From a virus (lineage: Duplodnaviria; Heunggongvirae; Uroviricota; Caudoviricetes), in the IMG/VR virus record IMGVR_UViG_3300020042_009419, positions 22,742 through 86,741 of that record: a DNA stretch of 64,000 nucleotides; one strand, 5' to 3'. The notes beneath the pieces are model-generated. The model did no database searches. It was given only the letters and a program-made list of their open reading frames with translations, and was not told where the DNA came from. Made by a program: the position numbers and the translations under genes. Of this stretch, positions 1 to 8,622 are shown one piece after another; the stretch's first letter is position 1; the number at the start of each line of letters is the position of its first letter.

Positions 1-155
1 CAGAATCAGGGCAGAAGTTTCTGAGCGAACTAGACGCCACACAGGTTGCTATGATATGGCCCTATATTGACAGCGACGCCTGGCAAAAGCGATTTCAGGA
101 TAGACCCCAGGACCAGGCCTATGCCAAGAACATTTTGAAACAAGCAGGATGGTAA
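1..155 (+). CDS. 3' end of a CDS truncated by the window edge (about 50 C-terminal codons), hypothetical
   Basis: Frame 3 is open from position 3 to the TAA at 153-155 with no stops. The next gene starts 5 nt downstream. Confidence 0.3.
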   Translation, partial: ESGQKFLSELDATQVAMIWPYIDSDAWQKRFQDRPQDQAYAKNILKQAGW

Positions 156-159
156 CATA

Positions 160-498
160 ATGATCACCAGCGTTTACCCCACAAGTACATGGGTCACAAC
201 ATCCAACCCTGTTGGACCATACATCAGTCCTGGTGCTGCCAGTGCAGGCATGTTGCGATACCACAACAATCAAACACAGGTGTATGATGGCAACGCCTGG
301 CTTACTATGGGCGGCGGATCCAGTGTGGGCCTGTCATCCAATGCTGAAGAAGCACTGGCCTGGGCATGGCTAAAGATGGCACAAGAAAAAACAGCCCAGG
401 ACCTGGCACAAAAGCATCCGGCTGTGGCCGATGCACTGGATGCTGTGCGTCTAGCTGAACAGCAATTGAAAACCGTTGTGGCCTTGTGTACAGTATGA
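160..498 (+). CDS. hypothetical protein
   Basis: ATG ORF of 112 aa. Its end overlaps the start of the next gene. Confidence 0.4.
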   Translation: MITSVYPTSTWVTTSNPVGPYISPGAASAGMLRYHNNQTQVYDGNAWLTMGGGSSVGLSSNAEEALAWAWLKMAQEKTAQDLAQKHPAVADALDAVRLAEQQLKTVVALCTV

Positions 499-2018
499 GC
501 CCCGCAACAAAAATTTTGTGCTTAGGCAATAACACAGAAGATACTGACGTTAAAACAATAGCTCTTGCACTGTCAGAGTCAGTAGTGTGCCATGGATTAT
601 TATCTGACCTAGACAGTGAAGTTACCCTTGCAAGTATCAGTATGTCAGGATATTATCATACAAGCGTGTATGATATGGAATACGGGAAATTATTTAAATT
701 TGCACAACAATTTAACAAAGTTATTGTACTGGATCAGCCCAAGGAGCAGTACTCACATTCTGACGCATTTTTAAAAACTATACAACTGGCACAAGATCTA
801 AAACAACATGTGGAAGTAGTACTACTAGACCCGAGTTACGAACACAACATTAATTTCTTTAAGAATCTTGTCAAGACAAATAAAAGTTTTTGCATTTTTC
901 CGTTTATTGAACTATTAACCAATTATGGTACTGATACTACTGTGTGCTGCCGATCAACCACTCCAGTTGCAAAACTATCTGAAATAAAAAGTTTCAATAC
1001 AGACAAAAATTATAAAATTATAAGAGACAAAATGATTAATGGAATATTAGTCCCTGATCATTGTTCTGTTTGTTATGATCTTGAAGCACAAAATATTTTA
1101 AGTGCTCGAGAACAGGAAACAGTAGAATGGGCCAATAGATTGGACCTAACGTCTTTGAGTGATCTTGATTCAATTGAATATCCTGCCTACTACGAAATTA
1201 GACCAAGCAACATTTGCAATTTACAGTGTAGAATGTGCAAACCCAGTGACAGTCATCTGATAGCAAAAGAGTACAAACACCTAAATTTAATAAAAAATTT
1301 GCCGCCAAAGGAATATAGCAATTTTGATATTATAAATTTTAAAAATTTAAAAAGATTATATGTGGCAGGCGGTGAACCTACTGCAATACCAGAATTTTAT
1401 GATTTTTTAGATCGTTGCATAAACGAAAAGAAAACATTTGAGTTTCTGGTTAACACCAATGCTACAAAGTTCAGTAATAAATTTAAAAAACAATTAAAAT
1501 TGCTTCCTCACATGCAGTTTATTGTTAGTGTGGATGGCATCGGAGACTTAAATCATTACATTAGGTGGCCGTCGAACTGGAATACTATTGTTGAAAACAT
1601 GAAGTACCTAGTAGATAACTATCATAAAATAACAACAAATGTCACAGTCTCAATATACAATGTGACTAGACTCTATGAGTTGTTAAAATGGTTTGATGAT
1701 GAGTTTCCCGGAATGCTAGTTCATGCTCAATTAGCTAACAGTACAAATGGTATGTTGTCAGCATTGAGTTTCCCGGACTCCAATTTAGCATTGAACAACC
1801 TCTTGCCCATACAGCAATTAAAATGTTATAATAACGATAGACTACTAAAAAGTTTTATTGATGGGGTAATCTACCACTATCAACAAAATCTAGAAATTGA
1901 TCAAGAAAAATTGAAATTGTTTTTTGAGTTCAATGACAAGTTAGATAAGTCTAGAAATATACAACTTAGAGATTACATTCCTGAATTAGAGCAATTTAGA
2001 AAGACTAATTGGTCATGA
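486..2018 (+). CDS. radical SAM superfamily enzyme with an N-terminal Rossmann-like (possibly cobalamin-binding-type) domain
   Basis: CNLQCRMC (CX3CX2C) Fe-S/SAM cluster motif in the middle of the protein, and a GGEP SAM-binding motif about 50 aa later. The N-terminal 230 aa begins KILCLGNN. The gene is much more AT-rich than its flanks. Confidence 0.7.
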   Translation: MYSMSPATKILCLGNNTEDTDVKTIALALSESVVCHGLLSDLDSEVTLASISMSGYYHTSVYDMEYGKLFKFAQQFNKVIVLDQPKEQYSHSDAFLKTIQLAQDLKQHVEVVLLDPSYEHNINFFKNLVKTNKSFCIFPFIELLTNYGTDTTVCCRSTTPVAKLSEIKSFNTDKNYKIIRDKMINGILVPDHCSVCYDLEAQNILSAREQETVEWANRLDLTSLSDLDSIEYPAYYEIRPSNICNLQCRMCKPSDSHLIAKEYKHLNLIKNLPPKEYSNFDIINFKNLKRLYVAGGEPTAIPEFYDFLDRCINEKKTFEFLVNTNATKFSNKFKKQLKLLPHMQFIVSVDGIGDLNHYIRWPSNWNTIVENMKYLVDNYHKITTNVTVSIYNVTRLYELLKWFDDEFPGMLVHAQLANSTNGMLSALSFPDSNLALNNLLPIQQLKCYNNDRLLKSFIDGVIYHYQQNLEIDQEKLKLFFEFNDKLDKSRNIQLRDYIPELEQFRKTNWS

Positions 2019-2575
2019 GCGCAGATATTGACATTGATTTCTCTAATCGAGATGATATACTGAAATTGATTCAGCACACCCCTGCACGGCAGATTGTAGA
2101 CGGTCGTGCCAGACGTCACAACTCAGGAGTGTATGTCACAGACATTCCACAAGATCCTGTGAATAACTGTGCTGCCATAGACTACGAGTCAGCAGAATCT
2201 CGTGGTTACTTCAAACTGGACTTCTTGAACATGAGTGTGTATCAGTTGATTTGGAACCCCGAGCACTACGACGCTGTGCTTGTGGCCACACCACCCTGGG
2301 CAAGACTATGGCAAGATCCTGAATGGGCCAGACAGCTGGTTCACGTGGGCAATTATGGACACCTGCTTGAAATTATGAGACCTGACAGCATACCCAGGAT
2401 GGCTGCATTTATATCAATCATACGCCCGGGCAAGGCACACCTGCAGAATCAGCCGTGGCCTGAGGTGTTTGATTCAGTCTGGGACGGCGATACCAGCCGA
2501 GGATACACGTTTAAAAAGGCACATGCTGTGGGATATGCGGCTCTAGTGGCCTTGCACATGAATCTGTTAGTCTAG
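2015..2575 (+). CDS. hypothetical protein translationally coupled to the radical SAM gene
   Basis: Its ATG overlaps the upstream TGA (ATGA). The ORF track's 2009 start is a TTG. No recognisable motifs. Confidence 0.5.
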   Translation: MSADIDIDFSNRDDILKLIQHTPARQIVDGRARRHNSGVYVTDIPQDPVNNCAAIDYESAESRGYFKLDFLNMSVYQLIWNPEHYDAVLVATPPWARLWQDPEWARQLVHVGNYGHLLEIMRPDSIPRMAAFISIIRPGKAHLQNQPWPEVFDSVWDGDTSRGYTFKKAHAVGYAALVALHMNLLV

Positions 2576-2944
2576 GCGTCTCACAAGAGTAATTGATTTT
2601 CTCTTTGACTTCTTCCTGGCTATGTCCATCAAGCAGCAGGCAGGACCGTGCAGTATTTCAAGATCTTTGTTGACAAAAGTTCTTAGAGTGGGCCTGAATT
2701 GATCCCATTCACCACGTAGGAATATGTTGATAGGAATGCTTCTGTTGCTTTCCCACCACCAGGTTGACGCAAGATCCAGAAACTGTAGTTTGTCTCCTTG
2801 AGCTTGTATGCTGCCAAAGTCGTAGATGGTGGTCACAATGTCATCGCGATTTTGCACCACACCCACGTACTCAGAATTGGCATACATGCACAGTGTTATA
2901 AACGGGTATTTCTCCGTTAGTTTTTCAAATATATTGTTACCCAT
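2567..2944 (-). CDS. hypothetical protein
   Basis: 125-aa ORF on the minus strand, divergent from the 2988 gene. Confidence 0.4.
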   Translation of the reverse strand: MGNNIFEKLTEKYPFITLCMYANSEYVGVVQNRDDIVTTIYDFGSIQAQGDKLQFLDLASTWWWESNRSIPINIFLRGEWDQFRPTLRTFVNKDLEILHGPACCLMDIARKKSKRKSITLVRRLD

Positions 2945-2987
2945 CGGTGGTATTTATGGTGTGCGAATTTTGGATAAATAATACGAT

Positions 2988-4061
2988 ATGTATTCCACCA
3001 CCGTTTATCTTTATCAGCAAATTGTCCGCGTGTTACTAGTAGACACCAGCGGTGGATATTTTACCAAGAGGTACGACCCTGTGTATGCAAAACAACTAAC
3101 AATCAACAAGGGAGTAGACAATGTGCTGCTCTTTGAATTCATCAATCAGGATCAGAAACCTGTGAACATTGCAGGCTCGGACTTTGTTTTTCGAGTTGTA
3201 AACCAAGCAGGGGACGAGCTGCTGTTGACCAAGAGCATGGAGATTCTAAGCTCGGCTCTGGGTCGTGTCAAGGTGGTGCTCAACAGCGCAGACACCATCA
3301 ATATTCAAGCACAGCCTGCCAGCTACAGCATTCAACGCAGTGCCGGCAACTATGTGCAGGCAGCCTACGTAGATGCCAACAGCCAGGCACGAGCAGACTG
3401 CAACATTGTGGACAGCATACTGCCACAATTCCAACCTAGCCAGCCAGTTACAGTACCCGACCTTTACGGCAAGAATCAGTATGTGGGCACTGCACCCACA
3501 GGATACCCGGACTGGGCACTGAATCCTCAGCCGATCAATTCTGTACAAATGACTGAATTCTATTCCAGCTACATTGATACCACTGGTGCAAGTTTTACCA
3601 CAATCAAGTTTGATCTGGTTCACTACACTGGCACTATCAAGATACAGGCTGCAGAAAACTACGAAGCTGTGTGGACAGATGTGAGTGCAAGCCGTCAATA
3701 TCTGGACCAAACTGTGAGCGATTATTTCAACATTGTGGGCTTTCATCCCTTGTTGCGCCTGGCTCTAAACAACTCGGTTGGCTACGGTGCCACAGGCAAT
3801 GTGCAAGTGACCAATGGTGTGGTAACCGGAATCAGTCTGACCAATCTTGGTCAGTACTATGTGGCTGCACCCTATGTTCAAATTCTTGGTGATGGAGCTG
3901 GTGCTACTGCCCTGGCCAATGTGGGTGCAACCGGAGTGGTCAGCAGTGTCACAGTGACCAATGGTGGTGCAGGCTACCTGCCCATGCAGTTTGCCAATGG
4001 CGGAACAGCAGCCACCGTGATCTTCTCAAACGGCTTGATTCAGAACGTACAATACCGATAA
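2988..4061 (+). CDS. probable virion structural protein (Gly/Thr/Val-rich C-terminal repeats)
   Basis: C-terminal beta-rich repeats (GVVTGISLTNLG, GATGVVSSVTVTNGGAGY) typical of phage fibre or baseplate proteins. Confidence 0.45.
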   Translation: MYSTTVYLYQQIVRVLLVDTSGGYFTKRYDPVYAKQLTINKGVDNVLLFEFINQDQKPVNIAGSDFVFRVVNQAGDELLLTKSMEILSSALGRVKVVLNSADTINIQAQPASYSIQRSAGNYVQAAYVDANSQARADCNIVDSILPQFQPSQPVTVPDLYGKNQYVGTAPTGYPDWALNPQPINSVQMTEFYSSYIDTTGASFTTIKFDLVHYTGTIKIQAAENYEAVWTDVSASRQYLDQTVSDYFNIVGFHPLLRLALNNSVGYGATGNVQVTNGVVTGISLTNLGQYYVAAPYVQILGDGAGATALANVGATGVVSSVTVTNGGAGYLPMQFANGGTAATVIFSNGLIQNVQYR

Positions 4062-4099
4062 CTGTTGCGATTGTTGCATAAATCTGTTACACTAAGCAG

Positions 4100-5083
4100 A
4101 TGCTGGACATTGTGAATTATCTACCTGCCAAGAGAAAATCTAGTGCATCAGGCTGGATCAGTTTCAATGCTGTGTGTTGCGAACACAACGGCGACACACC
4201 AGATCGCAGAAGTCGCGGCGGTCTCAAAACATCTGAACAAGGTTGGAGCTATCACTGCTTCAACTGCAACTACACCGCTAGCTTTATCCTTGGCCGTACT
4301 GTAAGTTTCAAGGCCCGCAGGCTCTTGAGCTGGATGGGTGTGCCCGAACGTGAAATAGAATTGGCCAATCTTGAAAGCCTGCGGCACCGGAGCATACACG
4401 GCATTCTGGATGATAGACAACGCACCGTGGATGTTCTAGCAGACATTCAATTTGAAGAACGAGACCTGCCACCATTTGCTGAACTGGTTGGTAACACAGG
4501 ACTGCATCGCGACTATGTGCGATCAAGATGTGTGCCCGATGATTATCCTGTGATGACACAAACAAGTCCCGAACGTGCCTGGCCCGCCCGTGATCAAGTG
4601 ATCATACCATTCACACATCACAACAGCATTGTGGGACACACTGTTAGATTTCTGGATGATCGTAATCCACGCTACATCAATGACATGCAGCCGGGCTATG
4701 TGTTTGGCACAGATCTACAGCGATCAGACTGGACTCAGGTGATTGTGACTGAAGGCATATTTGACGCACTCTCAATTGGCGGACTTGCGGTCATGCACAA
4801 TACCATCAGTGATGCACAAGCAAGACTGATTCGTAGTCTTGGTCGTGAAGTAACTGTGGTACCAGACCAAGATGTCGCGGGTGTAGAACTGATCGACCGT
4901 GCTGTGGAACTGGGCTGGGCAGTGAGCATACCTGAATGGCCACCGGGTTGTAAAGATGTCAATGACGCTGTGATAAAGTTAGGCCGACTGGGGGCCTTGC
5001 TAACTATTATGGCCGCAAGAGAAACTAGTAAAATCAAAATAGAAATAAGGAAAAAACAACTTGTTAAAAGAATACGGACTTGA
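4100..5083 (+). CDS. DNA primase, DnaG-like (CHC2 zinc finger plus TOPRIM)
   Basis: CCEHNGDTPD...YHCFNC matches the DnaG zinc-binding signature (CPFH...YHCFGCG). TOPRIM-like VIVTEGIFDALS...VPDQDVAG. Confidence 0.8.
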   Translation: MLDIVNYLPAKRKSSASGWISFNAVCCEHNGDTPDRRSRGGLKTSEQGWSYHCFNCNYTASFILGRTVSFKARRLLSWMGVPEREIELANLESLRHRSIHGILDDRQRTVDVLADIQFEERDLPPFAELVGNTGLHRDYVRSRCVPDDYPVMTQTSPERAWPARDQVIIPFTHHNSIVGHTVRFLDDRNPRYINDMQPGYVFGTDLQRSDWTQVIVTEGIFDALSIGGLAVMHNTISDAQARLIRSLGREVTVVPDQDVAGVELIDRAVELGWAVSIPEWPPGCKDVNDAVIKLGRLGALLTIMAARETSKIKIEIRKKQLVKRIRT

Positions 5084-6497
5084 GGTCCAAAGACTATTTC
5101 TAGAAATGATGCTGGAAGATGCCACAAGTTATGTGCGTGTCCAAAACATCTATAACCCGCAGAACTTTGATCGAAGTCTAAGGCCAGCGGCTGAGTTCAT
5201 TAAAGAACACACAGACAAACACAAGACCATGCCCGACAGGTCACAGATCTCTGCAACCACAGGGGTTAAACTTGCACCCGTACCAGATTTAAACGAAGGT
5301 CACTTTGACTGGTTCATGGGTGAGTTTGAAGCGTTTACCCGACGTCAAGAACTTGAACGTGCAATTTTAAAATCAGCAGACTTGTTGGAAAAGGGCGAGT
5401 TTGAACCCGTTGAAAAACTCATCAAAGATGCAGTACAGATATCACTTACTAAAGACATGGGCACGGATTACTTTGCTGATCCTAAGGCTCGCATTGAGAA
5501 ATACTTTAACTCGGGCGGGCAAGTTAGCACAGGTTGGCCGCAAATGGATCGACTGCTGTATGGTGGATTCAGTCGTGGAGAACTAAACATTTTTGCAGGT
5601 GGATCCGGATCTGGCAAGAGTTTGGTCATGATGAACATTGCACTAAACTGGTTGCAGCAGGGCATGAGTGGCGTGTACATCACACTGGAACTGAGTGAAG
5701 AGCTTACTAGTTTGAGAACAGACGCCATGCTCACAAACATGAGCACCAAAGAAATACGCCGTGACATTGATTCAACAGAGCTCAAGGTCAAGATGGTGGC
5801 CAAGAAATCTGGACAGTATCGTGTGAAAGGCTTGCCGGCACAGAGCAACGTGAATGATATCCGTGCTTATCTAAAAGAAGTACAAATCCAAACAGGCATC
5901 AAGGTGGACTTTGTGATGGTGGATTATCTTGACTTGGTCATGCCTGTGAGTGCCAAGGTCAGCCCCAACGATTTGTTTGTAAAAGACAAGTACGTATCAG
6001 AAGAACTGCGTAATCTGGCCAAGGAACTGGGCGTGTTGTTGGTAACAGCCAGTCAGTTGAATAGATCAGCAGTGGAAGAAATGGAATTTGATCACAGCCA
6101 TATTTCAGGTGGTATCAGCAAAATCAACACAGCAGACAATGTGTTTGGTATCTTTACCAGTCGCTCCATGAAAGAGCGTGGCAAGTATCAGATACAGTGT
6201 ATGAAATCTCGAAGCTCGACCGGCGTTGGTCAAAAAATTGATTTGGAGTACAACATTGAAACCATGCGCATTACTGATGAAGGTGGGGACGAAAACGGCC
6301 ACAACAAACCACAAAGTTCAATCATGGATTCAATCAAGGCCCGCAGTCAAGTCGCGTCTGCTGACAGCGGTGGCAGTTCGCAGCCCTGGGAAAAGCCCAG
6401 ACCGCGAGATGGTCATGATCCCTTGAGCGGTCGAGTCACAGCAGATGTGCAAAGCAACAAACTCAAGCAGTTGCTGGGACAGATCAAGGCTAGTTAA
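5061..6497 (+). CDS. replicative DNA helicase, DnaB/gp41 family
   Basis: Walker A GGSGSGKS in the context GWPQMDRLLYGGFSRGELNIFAG. Walker B VDFVMVDYLDLV. TTG start at 5061; an in-frame ATG at 5106 is the alternative start. Confidence 0.85.
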   Translation: MLKEYGLEVQRLFLEMMLEDATSYVRVQNIYNPQNFDRSLRPAAEFIKEHTDKHKTMPDRSQISATTGVKLAPVPDLNEGHFDWFMGEFEAFTRRQELERAILKSADLLEKGEFEPVEKLIKDAVQISLTKDMGTDYFADPKARIEKYFNSGGQVSTGWPQMDRLLYGGFSRGELNIFAGGSGSGKSLVMMNIALNWLQQGMSGVYITLELSEELTSLRTDAMLTNMSTKEIRRDIDSTELKVKMVAKKSGQYRVKGLPAQSNVNDIRAYLKEVQIQTGIKVDFVMVDYLDLVMPVSAKVSPNDLFVKDKYVSEELRNLAKELGVLLVTASQLNRSAVEEMEFDHSHISGGISKINTADNVFGIFTSRSMKERGKYQIQCMKSRSSTGVGQKIDLEYNIETMRITDEGGDENGHNKPQSSIMDSIKARSQVASADSGGSSQPWEKPRPRDGHDPLSGRVTADVQSNKLKQLLGQIKAS

Positions 6498-7423
6498 GCG
6501 GCAACAGATTTGATCACAACAAAGTTCAGCACAATGGCTTCACCGAGTGAACCTGCGTTTCTGTTGCCCACGCTGATTCTGCATGAACCAGCAGCGGTAG
6601 CATCACATTGAACGCTATAAGCACCTGCTGTGGCACCCGATGCAATGCTGACCATGACCACATCTGTGGCTGCAATCACACTGTTGGTCAGTGTAAAGCT
6701 GACTTCTGCGGCCGCTGCCAGTGCAGCATTGTTCATGGTAATTTGTCCGCAACGTTTGTTTAGAGTAACACCAGTTGATTTGTCTGTGGCCTGTGTTATC
6801 ACACCACCGGTGCCTGTGCTGTATCCCACAGCCGATTCCGCACTGCCCAAGAGTGGTCTATTTAGATCAAATATGGTAATTGTGGTTCCTGAATCTGTGG
6901 TCGAAAACCCAAACTCATATGTGCCAGTGGCAGCAAAGGTAATCACATTGGCAGCATATCCTTGCACACCTGTGGTGCCTAGACTGACCGCTGCGGGCAA
7001 GGTCAGAGTGTATGCTGTGTTGGTAATGGAAATTCTCAATCTAATCATGCCTGCTGAACCTGCTGCTGGAAAGTTTGTGAAATTCAAGCTGATGGATCCT
7101 GTGGTGCTGATGGCTTGATAATGTCCTGCACTGTAGTCTACTGTGATGGTGCCACTGGTAGCAGTGAGTTGAACTGCTACAGCACTGAAGTCTCTGATGG
7201 CAGCGGCATAGATCAGGTTGTCCGCCATGTTGTTGTCCAGACTGGTACCTGTCAGGGCGCTTTTGAAAATGCCCTTGGTTTCAAGGTCTGTGATCTCGGT
7301 TGCTGCTGTGTCAAAGTTGGTTTTGATATTGGTAAAGTTGTCTCTAAAGCCCTGAGTATTGTTGGGCTGTCCAGCAACTGGAAAGTTGCCGTCTATGTTG
7401 TTGGGGTTTATGCTGCTGCTCAT
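6494..7423 (-). CDS. probable tail-fibre-like structural protein (Ser/Thr/Gly/Ala-rich)
   Basis: 309 aa of low-complexity beta-rich sequence on the minus strand, convergent with the helicase gene. The opposite-strand ORFs 6630-7118 and 7115-7441 are its shadows. Confidence 0.4.
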   Translation of the reverse strand: MSSSINPNNIDGNFPVAGQPNNTQGFRDNFTNIKTNFDTAATEITDLETKGIFKSALTGTSLDNNMADNLIYAAAIRDFSAVAVQLTATSGTITVDYSAGHYQAISTTGSISLNFTNFPAAGSAGMIRLRISITNTAYTLTLPAAVSLGTTGVQGYAANVITFAATGTYEFGFSTTDSGTTITIFDLNRPLLGSAESAVGYSTGTGGVITQATDKSTGVTLNKRCGQITMNNAALAAAAEVSFTLTNSVIAATDVVMVSIASGATAGAYSVQCDATAAGSCRISVGNRNAGSLGEAIVLNFVVIKSVAA

Positions 7424-7490
7424 GTGTATTCCTTGTTGTAGATATTTATTGTCTAGTAGAAATCGCTAAATAATCCAAAGGCCCGCGAAC

Positions 7491-7739
7491 ATGCAAAAAA
7501 AGACCCGAAGTATACTGGAAGAACTGGACACGTTGTATGTGCAACGTGATCGCCGGTTGATCATTGAAACTCGTGCCGACAGCATTATTGCCAGCGCCAT
7601 ACGACTAATTGAGCAAATAGAAACAGAGTTTGGTGCTGACCAAGCCGACAATCTCACAAGAAAATTACTCAATGCCATAAGAACAAAAGATGCTGGAAAG
7701 TTTTCCAGATCAGTTAGGAAAACACATGCAGATTCATGA
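7491..7739 (+). CDS. hypothetical protein
   Basis: 82-aa ORF with an ATG start. Confidence 0.35.
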   Translation: MQKKTRSILEELDTLYVQRDRRLIIETRADSIIASAIRLIEQIETEFGADQADNLTRKLLNAIRTKDAGKFSRSVRKTHADS

Positions 7740-8622
7740 ATTGACTCGACCTAGAAAAATAACAGAACAAGGCTTTCTCGGCGGCCTGGCCACTGGCCTG
7801 CAGTCAGCAGCCAGCAAGGTTGGCGTGCAAGGACCTGCTGCCACAAACACACCCGGGCCTGATCTTACTGGTCCCATGATGAATAGAGCGCAGGCACTGG
7901 CTGCAGGGCAACGAACAGCGTCGGCACTAACGCCAGTTATGAAGAAAGATTGGGCAAAAGCAGTACAAGCAGCCATGGCCCAAAGCACGGATCCTACAAC
8001 ACAGGCTCCTCCCACCAGTGCTGCTCGGTTGACTTCAGGTGAGCAGGCTAGACTCAAGGCCGAACTGGTGGCCATGGTCAACAGAGCCATTGACTCACGA
8101 GGCTCATTTGATTACACCCGCCTGCCTGACGGTATAGGCGATGATACCACACCCGAAGGGCAAACAATCAAGGCCCAAGCCAGGAAGACTGTTGAATATA
8201 TCAACCGGGCCATTGACACCATATTCAACGCCACACTGGATCCCAAGGCTGATCCGTCAAACGCCTGGCTACAGCTAACAAGAGATGGCATTGCTCCTGC
8301 ACAAGGTATACAGTCATTTGATAGCAATTCTCGTGGTAGTGCAATAAGGATGTCTTCACAAGCCAAGGCGTTGGCCGACCAGATAAAATTAGACGATGGG
8401 GATATAATGAAGATTAGACAATTCATTAGCACACCCGGTAATGATACGACTGTGACAGCAATTCTTGATAAAAAAACACCTGCGACAACAGATTCGCCCT
8501 TGATTAGACAATTTGGAGTGCAAACAAAATTAACTCCTACAGAGCTTGCGTCATTGACAGCGTTGGCACAAGATGCTGCAAATGATGCAGCCCTCAAAGA
8601 GATATTCGGATTACGAGCATGA
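7726..8622 (+). CDS. hypothetical protein coupled to the downstream NTase-domain gene
   Basis: The ATG at 7726 has an AGGAAA RBS and overlaps the upstream stop. The ORF track's 7690 start overlaps the upstream gene by 50 nt. The 3' end is coupled by ATGA to the gene at 8619. Confidence 0.45.
   Translation: MQIHELTRPRKITEQGFLGGLATGLQSAASKVGVQGPAATNTPGPDLTGPMMNRAQALAAGQRTASALTPVMKKDWAKAVQAAMAQSTDPTTQAPPTSAARLTSGEQARLKAELVAMVNRAIDSRGSFDYTRLPDGIGDDTTPEGQTIKAQARKTVEYINRAIDTIFNATLDPKADPSNAWLQLTRDGIAPAQGIQSFDSNSRGSAIRMSSQAKALADQIKLDDGDIMKIRQFISTPGNDTTVTAILDKKTPATTDSPLIRQFGVQTKLTPTELASLTALAQDAANDAALKEIFGLRA

Noticed and set aside
486-2018. Radical-SAM protein as a prokaryotic viperin (pVip).
   Set aside because: Viperins carry the CxxxCxxC near the N-terminus of a protein of about 300 aa. 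Here the motif is preceded by a 230-aa extra domain and the protein is 510 aa.
3246-3746. 166-aa minus-strand ORF inside the 2988-4061 structural gene. The same applies to 6630-7118, 7115-7441, 7734-8090, 8112-8966, 9917-10408, 12297-12627, 12948-13292, 15720-16187, 34255-34674, 44418-44759, 48001-48360, 50805-51275 and 63075-63905.
   Set aside because: All lie antisense to, or out of frame within, longer ORFs that have recognisable domains or coherent composition. They lack RBSs, and their low-complexity composition mirrors the sense strand. Treated as shadow ORFs.
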